Part shown: positions 53,501 through 61,915 of the stretch, in pieces
Numbering within the stretch: the first letter of the stretch is position 1
Layout: each line of letters opens with the position of its first letter
Source: an uncultured Acidobacteriota bacterium
Lineage (GTDB): Bacteria; Acidobacteriota; Thermoanaerobaculia; Multivoradales; UBA5704
NCBI GenBank assembly: GCA_963700145.1
Contig: OY969474.1
Span: 1,696,001 to 1,760,000, forward strand
Direction: 5' to 3'
Length of the DNA stretch: 64,000 nt
Translations under genes and position numbers: made by a program
Notes under the pieces: generated by a model
Database searches by the model: none
What the model was told of the DNA's origin: nothing
The model's input: only the letters and a program-made list of their open reading frames with translations

Positions 53501-53740
53501 GAGCGCCTCGCGGTGCCGGTCCCCGCGCAGATGCGCCGCACGCTGAGCCTGCCGCGCCACCGCCTGGGCCTCCTGGTCGCGGCCCTCGAGGATGAGCTCC
53601 TCGACGCTCGCCAACGGATCGGCGGCCGGCGCCGGGCGACTCGCCACCGCCGGCGCCGCGCTGGACGCCGCCGCGCCCCAAGCCGCGAGGAGCACGGCGT
53701 ACCGGCACGTCCGGACCTGCGCCATTGCGGAGAAGGCCAT
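50507..53740 (-). CDS. TPR-CHAT (caspase-like) protease with a predicted signal peptide
   Basis: TPR array; AERARSRAFL, VPHGELHYLPFAAL, LHIAAHG, VVLSACRS, STLWDIDD, PRFWAAF; start at 53740 or 53725. Confidence 0.92.
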   Translation of the reverse strand: MAFSAMAQVRTCRYAVLLAAWGAAASSAAPAVASRPAPAADPLASVEELILEGRDQEAQAVARQAQRAAHLRGDRHREALSLFLLGAAELGAGDLRAAASDFERSAELFETQGDRFSAWMALWPLGLIERTERRPEQALAHHRQALRLLSEVKASSARFAPQGLEYLGRWFAMPPDLLREFRLRPEAAKPTLLRVAQAMSRKAAVVALLDTGSAEEAELELSRARELSDGLGGMFEEELAIILGDLRRRQWRLDEARGIFRQALGRASAARTWEILAFLIEIEIASGRPEEALPLSERALAVTRGGEPTAEFSALVLRARALSLGGQGAAAADTLREALFFARAAGNLRWQAFVYKQLARLALKAEQPEQAAAHLESAVQLLQTADAPDDEARTWLDLSQVYARFDARASASAALEKARALAQQIGSRLLGGWVELLAAIERFRTDQGSASEVSEALMATLALPEVREIVSREEGQLLLGVFSELAQMTAGNPAAPGKPALPGEKTRLVDLQVLPLFVQGYAHYQRGELAAAREPWLAALAAAPRRDLEVGLLAMIGRSYGREGKDEEAIDHLTRAVAAVEQTVADVRLEEFVAGYLGSDKQTLFADLIDLLVRQGRPADAFDYAERARSRAFLQGLGSPRLEPGYAGSQLAADARNLRAQIQDSEQRLLAAPAGERARLTADLGRARERYQSLLVRLKVTGRGAAPPTHFEPQRLQAVRESLAPGTSLISYFVASQVHAWVLDRETFRHVVLPAGAEDLRNAACWIDELRRQGGGRGARPLDPRCEGEIVRPEALYEKLVAPLRGDLRHRRLIVVPHGELHYLPFAALRDPQTGRSLLEDYTLTYAPSASAVGFLRQLESPVQGRALVLGEPEELDPALRSLPAARREAEIIARLLGTRPLLGAEATEHRLSELSGEVDLLHIAAHGIYDPANPLFSRIVLAPGGGRDGNLEVHEILTDLDLSGVNLVVLSACRSAVGERSRGDEVVGLTRALLDAGSPGVISTLWDIDDEAAAVLMEELYRRLVAGASAAEALREAQLALLRGSLYRDPRFWAAFSLTGDPQGRWHPAEPEERRP

Positions 53741-53751
53741 TCCAGAGGCGA

Positions 53752-54228
53752 TTATGGTTTTGCCTTGGTCACCGTCACCACATCCGACGTGCAGACTACC
53801 TTCGGCATCTCGATCGCCGGCCACTTATCCGTCTGTTCGCCCCGGTCGAAGTAGGTTCGAAGGTCCAAGTGCTCGCTTTGCGCCACCACTGCCGCGACCA
53901 CGTCGAACTGATCGCCGACGTCGACCGGCAGACCGAAGATCACGTCGGTCTCCCAGAAGGCGGTGTCGTGATTTACCCAGCCTTCCTGCTGCGGCCACCA
54001 CAGGTTGCGTGGTCGTCTCGTCTCGTGCCGGGCGAAGACCCAGATGTTGCCGCCCGGCGGTACCTCCGCCCGGACCCGGACCTTCATGCCGCCAGCCACC
54101 TGCTGTCCGGGCTGCGGATCAAGCAGCTCGACTCGACACTCGGCGGCGCCGGCCTGGGCCGCGAGACAGTCGGCCACGGGCATCGGAGCGAGCAGGGAAA
54201 CGAGGATCAGCACGCGTTCGAAGCTCAT
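53752..54228 (-). CDS. Small exported beta-rich hypothetical protein
   Basis: GGAGG RBS; signal peptide; VELLDPQPGQQV, WWPQ; two Cys in the mature part. Confidence 0.75.
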   Translation of the reverse strand: MSFERVLILVSLLAPMPVADCLAAQAGAAECRVELLDPQPGQQVAGGMKVRVRAEVPPGGNIWVFARHETRRPRNLWWPQQEGWVNHDTAFWETDVIFGLPVDVGDQFDVVAAVVAQSEHLDLRTYFDRGEQTDKWPAIEMPKVVCTSDVVTVTKAKP

Positions 54229-54253
54229 GGTTCACCTCCAGAGACGCCGCACA

Positions 54254-55441
54254 TCATGGTGCGACGAGGGGATCGAGAAGCTCGCTGTAGATCCGCACCG
54301 CCTCCGCCCGGCTGCCGTCCGCGAGCTGGCGTGCTCTTGCGACCAGAGCCTGGTTCAGAGTCGCCAGGATCTCGGGCGCCAAACGCTGGAACACCCGCTG
54401 GTAGAGACGGAAGCTCTGCTCGAGGTTTTGGATGCCGCCGACGGCGCGCAGGCGCATGGCCTCTTCGATCACCGGCAGTGCGTCGGGAGGGACGGTCGGC
54501 GACGGCGGCGATTGCCTGAAGCCGCAGGAGGGGATGACAAAGTCGGCCGATCCTCCACCCATTCGCAGCTCCGGGTTCTGGAGGCCGGCGCTCTGCTTCC
54601 TGACCCGGGCAGTGACGAAAGAAGTCAGCTCGCGGAAGCTCCTCTGCCCGCGCCCCAACCTGTCGCAGCGGAGACCTTCCACAAGCGCCGCGGTGAACCA
54701 TCCGTTCCGGTCGCTCGTCCCGGCAACCTCCCCCTCGCTGGCGGCGGAAAAGACGATGTAGCCGGCGGGTTTCGCCAGAGCCTCGATACGCTCGTGGCGC
54801 ATGACCGAACGGGAGTCGGCCTCCCGGGGAGTCCCGGTTCCGCGGGTCCGGAAGAGCTGATCCCTGCAGGCGTCAACGAATAGCAGTCGGAGAGCGCCCT
54901 CCGAAACCTGCATGGCCTCGAGGAGCCTCTGAGCCGTAACACCGGTGCCGTAGCGGACGAGACCGTCCTCGGGGATCAGTAGATGGACGTTGCCGTCGGA
55001 GTAGCCGTGTGTCGCGGCAAACAGAAGGAGGATGCCTCCTTCTCCCACCAGCCGACTCTGCTCCTCGACAAGCATGTAGATATCGGCAAGACGCGCCGTC
55101 TGGCGTTTGGCGCCTGCGGTGAGCAGCACCTGGAGACGGTCGTGCGAGGGACCGCGCGGCTCGCCTGACAGGAGGAGAAGCACCCGATTGGCCGGCAGGA
55201 GCCCCCGCTCGATCGACAGCGCGTACGCCAAGTCGACGGCATCGTTGGCGGCGAAGACAACGTCGGTCAATCGGAGGTCGTGAGAGAACTCTTCGACGCC
55301 GATAAACACTCCCGCTGACCGCTCCGGCAGTAGACGGTCGGCCGCTGCGGCAAAGGTTGCGGCACCGCCGGTGGCGGCGAGCGCCGGCACGAGACAGGCC
55401 TGAATGATCCAGCCGACCCGACCTCGCGCTCTGATCGTCAT
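54254..55441 (-). CDS. Peptidase C14 (caspase/orthocaspase) domain protein with an N-terminal signal and a helical C-terminus
   Basis: GVFIGVEEF, ANDAVDL, FAATHG (His), FVDACR (Cys), SAASEGE, NGWFTAALVEGL, QNP. Confidence 0.9.
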   Translation of the reverse strand: MTIRARGRVGWIIQACLVPALAATGGAATFAAAADRLLPERSAGVFIGVEEFSHDLRLTDVVFAANDAVDLAYALSIERGLLPANRVLLLLSGEPRGPSHDRLQVLLTAGAKRQTARLADIYMLVEEQSRLVGEGGILLLFAATHGYSDGNVHLLIPEDGLVRYGTGVTAQRLLEAMQVSEGALRLLFVDACRDQLFRTRGTGTPREADSRSVMRHERIEALAKPAGYIVFSAASEGEVAGTSDRNGWFTAALVEGLRCDRLGRGQRSFRELTSFVTARVRKQSAGLQNPELRMGGGSADFVIPSCGFRQSPPSPTVPPDALPVIEEAMRLRAVGGIQNLEQSFRLYQRVFQRLAPEILATLNQALVARARQLADGSRAEAVRIYSELLDPLVAP

Positions 55442-55643
55442 CGCAGCCGGCCTCCAGGTGCCCGGGCGTGCGCCGGGCCGCCCTCCCTCGTTCCGAAAGA
55501 GACACGACGATCGACTAAGTGTGGGGCTCGAGGACCAACATGCCGGTCCGCCCCACGGCCGCCTGGAACAGCAGCGGGGGTGCGGGAGACCCTTCCCGTC
55601 TCGGCTTGCCCTCCGGCCGCCCCGGGCCTACACTTTCCCGCCT

Positions 55644-56084
55644 ATGCGCGAGGTCGACGAGCGGGCGTTGTGGCAGGTGCTGCGGGAGGCGGTGCGGCTC
55701 ACCGGACGGTCCCACCGCGACCTCGAGGACGAGCTGCGCATCGGCCACGGCAACATCCAGAAGCTGCTCGATGGCCGCATGCGGCTGACGGTCCGACACC
55801 TGATGGCGTTCGCGGCGCTGCTCGACGTGCCGGCGCCGGAGTTTCTGGCGGTGGCGTTCCCGGAGCAGGCGGCGTCGGCCCGGCGGCATCTGCCGGACCT
55901 CCTGGCGTCCGCGCTCGGAGGCGACGCGCGGCGGGCGGCGTTGGCGGCGCTGCCGGCGAGCCGCGAGGAGCTGGCGGAGATCGTGCGCGCCACGGTGAGC
56001 GCGGAGCTCGACCGGCGGGCGCCCGCTCCGTCGCCCGGCAGCCGCCCGCGGCGTCCGCGGCGCGGGCTGCGGCCCGTCACGTAG
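55644..56084 (+). CDS. XRE-like helix-turn-helix regulator
   Basis: LREAVRLTGRSHRDLEDELRIGHGNIQKLLDGRMRLTVRHL; ATG at 55644 after TACACT; divergent from the caspase operon. Confidence 0.8.
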   Translation: MREVDERALWQVLREAVRLTGRSHRDLEDELRIGHGNIQKLLDGRMRLTVRHLMAFAALLDVPAPEFLAVAFPEQAASARRHLPDLLASALGGDARRAALAALPASREELAEIVRATVSAELDRRAPAPSPGSRPRRPRRGLRPVT

Positions 56085-56097
56085 CCGCTTCTGCCCG

Positions 56098-56307
56098 CGA
56101 CGTACTGGGTCCCGACCTCGACGTACTGGGAGCGCGCCCCGAGCTACTGGGTTCCGGCCTCGACGTACTGGGTTCGCGCCTCGATCTACTGGCTTCGCGC
56201 CGCGACGTACTGGCTTCGCGCGGCGACCCAGCCCAATCCGTCCTCGATCTACTGGGTTCCGACCTCGACGTACTGGGATTCGTCCTCGACGTACTGGCTT
56301 CGGCCCT
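56098..56307. repeat. 21-bp tandem array, 10 units
   Basis: Consensus CGACGTACTGGGTTCSGNCCT at 56098 + 21n; unit 7 (56224) is divergent; abuts the apt stop codon. Confidence 0.9.
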
Positions 56308-56819
56308 CAGTACTGGATCAGCGACGCCACTTCGTACCCTTCGAGCTTCGCGCGCGGGTTCAGGAACGTCAATTCGATGACGAAGCCCATGCCTTCGACC
56401 GTTCCGCCCACCGCTTCGACCAACCGCGCCGCGGCGAGCGCCGTGCCGCCGGTGGCGACCAGGTCGTCGACGATGAGGACGCGCTCGCCGGGCGCGACGG
56501 CGTCCTTGTGCATCTCCAGCGAGTCGGTGCCGTACTCCAGCTCGTAGGTCTCGCGGATCGTCTCGGCGGGGAGCTTCCCGGGCTTGCGGATCGGCACGAA
56601 GCCGGCGTTCAGGTTGTAGGCCACGATCGGCCCGAACATGAAGCCGCGCGACTCCATGCCCACCACCTTGTCCACCCGCTTCTCGAACTGCCAGACGAAG
56701 CGGTCGACGGTCATGCGCAGCGCCCGCGGGTCCTTGAGCAGGGTGGTGATGTCGTAGAAGAGGATGCCCGGCTTCGGGAAGTCGGGCACCTCGCGGATGT
56801 ACTGCTTGAGGTCGTCCAT
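56307..56819 (-). CDS. apt: Adenine phosphoribosyltransferase
   Basis: [37 protein letters not shown]. Confidence 0.98.
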   Translation of the reverse strand: MDDLKQYIREVPDFPKPGILFYDITTLLKDPRALRMTVDRFVWQFEKRVDKVVGMESRGFMFGPIVAYNLNAGFVPIRKPGKLPAETIRETYELEYGTDSLEMHKDAVAPGERVLIVDDLVATGGTALAAARLVEAVGGTVEGMGFVIELTFLNPRAKLEGYEVASLIQY

Positions 56820-56832
56820 CGGTCAGATCTCC

Positions 56833-57102
56833 CTATCGCACGATGTCAAAGCGTTCGCGCGGCGCGGCGTCCGGCGCCTCCTGCGCCTCGACCGCCGCGA
56901 CGGCCGCGCCCCGCGGCCCTTCGCGCAGCCGCCCCTCGAAGGCGTCGAGCGCCTCCGGCGCCCCCGACGCCTCGGCCTCCACCCGCCCGTCGGCCAGGTT
57001 GCGCACCCAGCCGGTCAACCCCAGCTCCCGCGCCGTGTTGCGCACGAACCAGCGGAAGCCGACCCCCTGCACGTGGCCGGAGGCGACGAAGCGGCGCGTC
57101 AC
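56833..57102 (-). CDS. acyP: Acylphosphatase
   Basis: [26 protein letters not shown]; GTGA overlap. Confidence 0.95.
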   Translation of the reverse strand: MTRRFVASGHVQGVGFRWFVRNTARELGLTGWVRNLADGRVEAEASGAPEALDAFEGRLREGPRGAAVAAVEAQEAPDAAPRERFDIVR

Positions 57103-57761
57103 CCCTCCCCCTTCCAGCCGTGGCGTCCGAGCAGCGGCACGAAGGCCACGTCCTCCCACTCCTTCCGCCGCACCCCTTTCGCCGACTTCTTGTAAAGCAC
57201 CAGCCGCTGCAGCGCCAGCGTCCCTTCCGGCACCAGCAGCAGCCCCCCGGGGGCGAGCTGGTCGAGCAGCGGCTCGGGCACCTTCGGCGCGCCGGCGGTG
57301 ACCAGGATGCGGTCGAACGGCGCCACCTCGCTCCAGCCGACGGTGCCGTCGAAGACCTGGATCTTGACGTTGGCGATCCCCAGCTCGCGCATGCGCTGGA
57401 TCGCCTGGTGCGCCAGCTCCGGCACCCGCTCGAGGCTGTAGACCCGGCGCGCCAGCTGCGCCAGGACTGCCGTCTGGTAGCCCGAGCCGGTGCCGATCTC
57501 GAGCACCGAGCACTGGGGCCCGACCTCCAGCAGCTCGGTCATCCGCGCCACCACCCAGGGCTGCGAGATCGTCTGCCCGCCGCCGATCGGCAGCGGGTGG
57601 TCGCCGTAGGCGCGGCTGCGCAGGTGCTCCTTGACGAAGAGGTGGCGCTGCACCTTGCGCATCGCCGCCAGCACCCGCGGGTCCTGGATGCCACGCGACG
57701 CCAAGAGCTCCACCATCCGCTCGCGCTGGACGGCGACGTCGAGGGCGGGGTGGGCCACCAC
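57099..57761 (-). CDS. pcm: Protein-L-isoaspartate O-methyltransferase
   Basis: [32 protein letters not shown]. Confidence 0.97.
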   Translation of the reverse strand: MVAHPALDVAVQRERMVELLASRGIQDPRVLAAMRKVQRHLFVKEHLRSRAYGDHPLPIGGGQTISQPWVVARMTELLEVGPQCSVLEIGTGSGYQTAVLAQLARRVYSLERVPELAHQAIQRMRELGIANVKIQVFDGTVGWSEVAPFDRILVTAGAPKVPEPLLDQLAPGGLLLVPEGTLALQRLVLYKKSAKGVRRKEWEDVAFVPLLGRHGWKGEG

Positions 57762-57767
57762 GAGGGT

Positions 57768-58541
57768 CTAGCCGGCGCGCTGCGGCAGGAGCGCCTCGAG
57801 CTTCTCGCGCAACGCCGCGAGGGTCTCGAGACCGGGGTAGTAGGTCAGGTCGAGGTGCAGCGGGGTCACCGAGATGCGGCCTTCCGACAGCGCCTCGAAG
57901 TCGGTGCCGGCGGCCGCCTCCCACTCCGGCGTGCCGGCGATCCAGTAGTACTTGCGGCCGCGCGGGTCGAGCTTCTCGACGATCGACTGCTTGTAGACCC
58001 GCCGCCCCAGCTTGGTGAAGGAGACCCCCTGCACCTCGCCGGCCGGGACGTTGACGTTGAGCAGCAGGTCCTTCGGAGTTTCCTCAGCGAGCAGGGTCTC
58101 GACCAGGGTGAGCGCGAAGCGCGCCGCCGGCTCCCAGTTGAACCCCTGCGCCACCTCCTGGCTGAAGGCGACGGAGGGGATGCCGAGGAGCGTCCCCTCG
58201 AAGGTCGCCGAGACGGTGCCCGAGTAGGTGACGTCGTCGCCGAGGTTGGTGCCGAAGTTGATGCCGGAGCAGACGAGGTCGGGCGGGTCGTCCTTCATCA
58301 GCCAGAGGACGGCCAGGTTGACGCAGTCGGTCGGCGTGCCGTCCACCGCGTACCAGTTCGTCTCCATCTGCTGCAGGCGCAGCGGCCGCGACAGGGTCAG
58401 CGCGTGCCCCGAGGCGCTCTGCTCGCGGTCCGGCGCCACGACGACCACCTCCGCCACCGCGGCGAGGGTCTTCGCCAGCAGCTTGATCCCCTCGGAGAAG
58501 ACGCCGTCGTCGTTGGTGACGAGGATGCGCTGGCGCTTCAG
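57768..58541 (-). CDS. surE: 5'/3'-nucleotidase SurE (probable CTG start)
   Basis: [41 protein letters not shown]. Confidence 0.95.
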   Translation of the reverse strand: MKRQRILVTNDDGVFSEGIKLLAKTLAAVAEVVVVAPDREQSASGHALTLSRPLRLQQMETNWYAVDGTPTDCVNLAVLWLMKDDPPDLVCSGINFGTNLGDDVTYSGTVSATFEGTLLGIPSVAFSQEVAQGFNWEPAARFALTLVETLLAEETPKDLLLNVNVPAGEVQGVSFTKLGRRVYKQSIVEKLDPRGRKYYWIAGTPEWEAAAGTDFEALSEGRISVTPLHLDLTYYPGLETLAALREKLEALLPQRAG

Positions 58542-59413
58542 GCGGCGCCCCCGGGGATGTACTTGCCGACGATCGGCTGGAGCGCCTTCAGGGTCTCCGC
58601 CGGGATCAGCTCGCGCTCGGTGATCAGGGCGTGCGCGAGCGCGGTCTCGCAGAGGCAGCCGCGGCCGCCGGTCATCCGGCGCAGGATCTGCCGCACCACC
58701 TCCTGCGACATGACGACGTTCTGGCGGATGACCTCCATCACCGCCATGCCCGACACCACCTCCTCGGTCTCGTGCCAGCAGTCGTAGTCGGTGACCATCG
58801 CCAGCGTGACGTAGCAGATCTCGGCCTCGCGCGCGAGCTTGGCTTCCTGGAGGTTGGTCATGCCGATGACGTCGATCCCCCAGGAGCGGTAGATCTCGGA
58901 CTCGGCGCGGGTCGAAAACAGCGGCCCCTCCATGCAGAGGTAGACGCCGCCGCGGTGGACGCGGGCGCCGGCGGCGCGGGCGGCCTCGGCGGCGATCTCC
59001 AGCAGGCGCGGGCAGATCGGCTTGGCGAAGGAGACGTGCCCCACCAGGCCGTTGCCGAAGAAGGTGTCGGGGCGGTGGCGGGTGCGGTCGTAGAACTGGT
59101 CGGGGACGACGATGTCGGTCGGCCGGTAGTCGAGCTTCATCGAGCCGACGGCCGAGACCGAGACGAGCTGCTCGACGCCCAGGACCTTGAAGCCGTAGAT
59201 GTTGGCGCGGTAGTTGAGCTCGGCCGGGAGCAGCCGGTGCCCCTTGCCGTGGCGCGGCAGGAAGACCACCGGCGTCCCCTCCAGCTCGCCGAGCACGTAG
59301 GCGTCCGAGGGCTCGCCGAACGGGGTCTCCAGCCGGCGCTCCTCGTGCACCGTGAGCCCCTCCATGGCGTACAAGCCGCTTCCCCCGAGCACGCCGATCT
59401 TGTAGTCGGTCAT
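58538..59413 (-). CDS. mtnP: S-methyl-5'-thioadenosine phosphorylase
   Basis: IGVLGGSGLY, LPRHG, EGPLFSTRAES, GMTNLQEAKLAREAE, VTDYDCW; RBS before ATG at 59413. Confidence 0.95.
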   Translation of the reverse strand: MTDYKIGVLGGSGLYAMEGLTVHEERRLETPFGEPSDAYVLGELEGTPVVFLPRHGKGHRLLPAELNYRANIYGFKVLGVEQLVSVSAVGSMKLDYRPTDIVVPDQFYDRTRHRPDTFFGNGLVGHVSFAKPICPRLLEIAAEAARAAGARVHRGGVYLCMEGPLFSTRAESEIYRSWGIDVIGMTNLQEAKLAREAEICYVTLAMVTDYDCWHETEEVVSGMAVMEVIRQNVVMSQEVVRQILRRMTGGRGCLCETALAHALITERELIPAETLKALQPIVGKYIPGGAA

Positions 59414-59471
59414 TCGACTCTCCCTCGAACCAGAATCCAAAACGGCGGGGAAGTGTAGCAGCAGGTTCGCC

Positions 59472-59558
59472 CGTCATTCTGAGCGCAGCGAAGAATCTGG
59501 GCGGGGGCGCCGGCCGAACCTTCCCTGCCCCCAGATCCTTCGCTTCGCTCAGGATGAC
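59472..59558. repeat. REP doublet (CGTC ends facing outward)
   Basis: CGTCATTCTGAGCGCAGCGAAGAATCTGGGCGGGGG ... CCCTGCCCCCAGATCCTTCGCTTCGCTCAGGATGAC. Confidence 0.88.
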
Positions 59559-59570
59559 CTGCTGCGCAGG

Positions 59571-60494
59571 TCACCCGATCGCCTCCACCACCGCCAGCGC
59601 CGTCGCCAATGCCTGCCGCCCTTGGGCGCCGCCGACCAGGGGCGCGGGCTCGCCGCGGCAGGCGGCGACGAAGGCTTCCAGCTCGCGGCGCAGGGGCTCG
59701 GCGCGCTCGACCGGGAGGTCGTCGGGGAGGATGGTGCGCCGCCCGTCCTCTTCGGCCAGCCGGTAGCCCTTGATCTCCTGCGCCTGGTAGTCGAGCGAGT
59801 AGTAGCGCGCCGGCAGGAAGGCGCGGAGCTTGCGCACCCGCTCGGCCGAGACGCGCGAGGCGGTGACGTTGGCGACGCAGCCCGACTCCAGCGCCACCCG
59901 CGCGTTGGCGATGTCGATGCGCGGCGAGAGCACGGCGATGCCGGTCGCCCGCACCTCGGCCACCGGGCTGGGGTCGAGGGCGTGCAGCACCTGGAGGTCG
60001 TGGATCATGAGGTCGAGGACGACGTCCACGTCGAGGCTGCGCGGGGTGAAGGCCGCCAGCCGCTCGGCCTCGACGAAGCGCGGCGGGGCGCCGACGCCCA
60101 AGAGAGCCTGCACCGCCGGGTTGTAGAACTCGACGTGGCCGACCGCCAGCACGCGCCCCGCCGCCTCCGCCGCCGCGAGCAGGCGGTCGGCCTCGGCGAG
60201 CGAGACGGCGAGCGGCTTTTCGACCAGGAGGTGGAGGCCGGCCTCGAGCAGCGGGCAGCCGAGGCTGGCGTGCTCGATGGTGGGGACGGCGAGGACGATC
60301 GCCTCGCAGGCGGCGGCCAGGCCGTCGAGGTCGGGGAAGATGCGCGCGCCGTGCTCGCCGGCCACCGCCGCCGCGGCCTCCGGGCGCCGGTCGTAGACCC
60401 CCACCAGCTCCGCCCCCGGCAGCGCCGACAGCAGGCGCACGTGGTGGCGCCCCATGCCGCCGGTGCCGACGACGCCGACTCTTAGAGGGTCCAT
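59571..60494 (-). CDS. Gfo/Idh/MocA oxidoreductase (GnnA-like)
   Basis: GVVGTGGMG, VEKP, VGHVEFYNP, DVVLDLMIHD, TASRVS..RVRKLR; directly downstream of lpxA. Confidence 0.88.
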   Translation of the reverse strand: MDPLRVGVVGTGGMGRHHVRLLSALPGAELVGVYDRRPEAAAAVAGEHGARIFPDLDGLAAACEAIVLAVPTIEHASLGCPLLEAGLHLLVEKPLAVSLAEADRLLAAAEAAGRVLAVGHVEFYNPAVQALLGVGAPPRFVEAERLAAFTPRSLDVDVVLDLMIHDLQVLHALDPSPVAEVRATGIAVLSPRIDIANARVALESGCVANVTASRVSAERVRKLRAFLPARYYSLDYQAQEIKGYRLAEEDGRRTILPDDLPVERAEPLRRELEAFVAACRGEPAPLVGGAQGRQALATALAVVEAIG

Positions 60495-60503
60495 GTACGC
60501 TCT

Positions 60504-60596
60504 GTCATTCCGAGCGCAGCGAGGAATCTGGGGGCAGGGAGGGTCCGGTCAAGCGCACTTCTCCCCGCCCAGATCCCTCGCTCCGCTCGGGATGAC
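60504..60596. repeat. REP doublet (GTC ends facing outward)
   Basis: GTCATTCCGAGCGCAGCGAGGAATCTGGGGGCAGGG ... CCCCGCCCAGATCCCTCGCTCCGCTCGGGATGAC. Confidence 0.88.
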
Positions 60597-60608
60597 AATG
60601 GGTGGGCG

Positions 60609-61436
60609 TCATCTCTCGCCTTTCCTTCCCGGCAGGCTCTTGTAGACGCCGCGCTTGGCGCTCTCCACGAACTCGACCAGGTAGTCGATCTCGGCGTGGC
60701 CGCCCAGCTCCTCGCGGATGCGCGCCAGGGCCTGGCTGGTGTTGAGCTTGGAGCGGGTCAGCAGGTCGAGCGCGCGCTCGACCCGCGCCACCTGCTCCTC
60801 GCTCATCCCCTTGCGCTGCATGCCGATCGGGTTGGCGCCGTAGACCGCGGGCTTGGCGCCCACCGTCTTGCTGTAGGGCAGGACGTCCATCACCACCACC
60901 GAGTAGCCGCCGACGTAGGCGTGGCGGCCGACGCGGCAGAACTGGTGGACCGAGGTAAAGGCCGAGATCGTGGCGTCGTCGTGCACCTCGACGTGGCCGG
61001 CCAGGGTCGCGGCGTTGGCGAAGATCGTGCGGTCGCCGACGTGGCAGTCGTGCGCCACGTGGGTGTAGGCCATGAAGAGGTTGTCGCTGCCGATCGTGGT
61101 GAGGCCGCCGCCTTTGACCGTGCCGCGGTGGACGGTGCAGAGCTCGCGGAGCTGGTTGCGGTCGCCGATCTCGAGGCGGGTCGGCTCGCCGCCGTACTTC
61201 AAGTCCTGGGGCGGAAAGCCGATGCAGGCGTAAGGGAAGACCTTGTTGTCGCGCCCGAGGCGCGTCGGGCCCTGCACCTGCGCGCCGGCGCCGATCTCGG
61301 TCCCCTCGCCGATCTCGACGTCCGCGCCGACGACGGCGAACGGGCCGACCGTCACGCCGGGCGCGAGCCGCGCGGCGGGGTCCACCTGCGCCGCCGGATG
61401 GACGCCGGCGGCGAGCGCGGTGCCCGTCCCGCTCAA
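60609..61436 (-). CDS. lpxA: UDP-N-acetylglucosamine acyltransferase
   Basis: Hexapeptide repeats, PQDLKYGGE, HRGT, HVAHDC, LAGHV, VHQFCRVG; TTGA overlap start. Confidence 0.96.
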   Translation of the reverse strand: MSGTGTALAAGVHPAAQVDPAARLAPGVTVGPFAVVGADVEIGEGTEIGAGAQVQGPTRLGRDNKVFPYACIGFPPQDLKYGGEPTRLEIGDRNQLRELCTVHRGTVKGGGLTTIGSDNLFMAYTHVAHDCHVGDRTIFANAATLAGHVEVHDDATISAFTSVHQFCRVGRHAYVGGYSVVVMDVLPYSKTVGAKPAVYGANPIGMQRKGMSEEQVARVERALDLLTRSKLNTSQALARIREELGGHAEIDYLVEFVESAKRGVYKSLPGRKGER

Positions 61437-61915
61437 CGATCCACCATCGCCGAGCTGCAGATCGCCTCGGCCGCGAGCTGGCCGTCCACCAGCGCCTTGC
61501 CGGAGAGGCGGCAGTAGGTGGCGCGCAGGCGCAGCACCTCGATCTCGTAGCGCACCTGGTCGCCGGGCACGACGGGGCGGCGGAACTTGGCGCTCTCGAT
61601 CGCGGCGAAGAAGAGGAGCTTGCGCTCGCGCTCGGGCACGTCGTGGAGGAGGAGGAGGCCGCCGGCCTGCGCCATCCCCTCGACCAGCAGCACACCGGGC
61701 ATCACCGCCTTGCCCGGGAAGTGGCCGAGGAAGAAGGGCTCGTTGGCGGTGACGTTCTTGAGCGCCACGATCCGCTTGCCCGGCTCCATCTCCAGCACCC
61801 GGTCGACGAGCAGGAAGGGGTAGCGGTGCGGCAGGATCGACTGGATCCACTCGACGTCCCAGCTCGGGGCCGCCGGAGCACCGCGCTCAGCCGCGCTCGG
61901 CATCGACTCGCTCAC
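61433..61915 (-). CDS. fabZ: 3-hydroxyacyl-ACP dehydratase
   Basis: [41 protein letters not shown]. Confidence 0.97.
   Translation of the reverse strand: MSESMPSAAERGAPAAPSWDVEWIQSILPHRYPFLLVDRVLEMEPGKRIVALKNVTANEPFFLGHFPGKAVMPGVLLVEGMAQAGGLLLLHDVPERERKLLFFAAIESAKFRRPVVPGDQVRYEIEVLRLRATYCRLSGKALVDGQLAAEAICSSAMVDR

Noticed and set aside
55580-56380. 266-aa ORF ending in LDVLGSR heptads
   Set aside because: It overlaps the HTH gene out of frame and runs into apt; no credible start.
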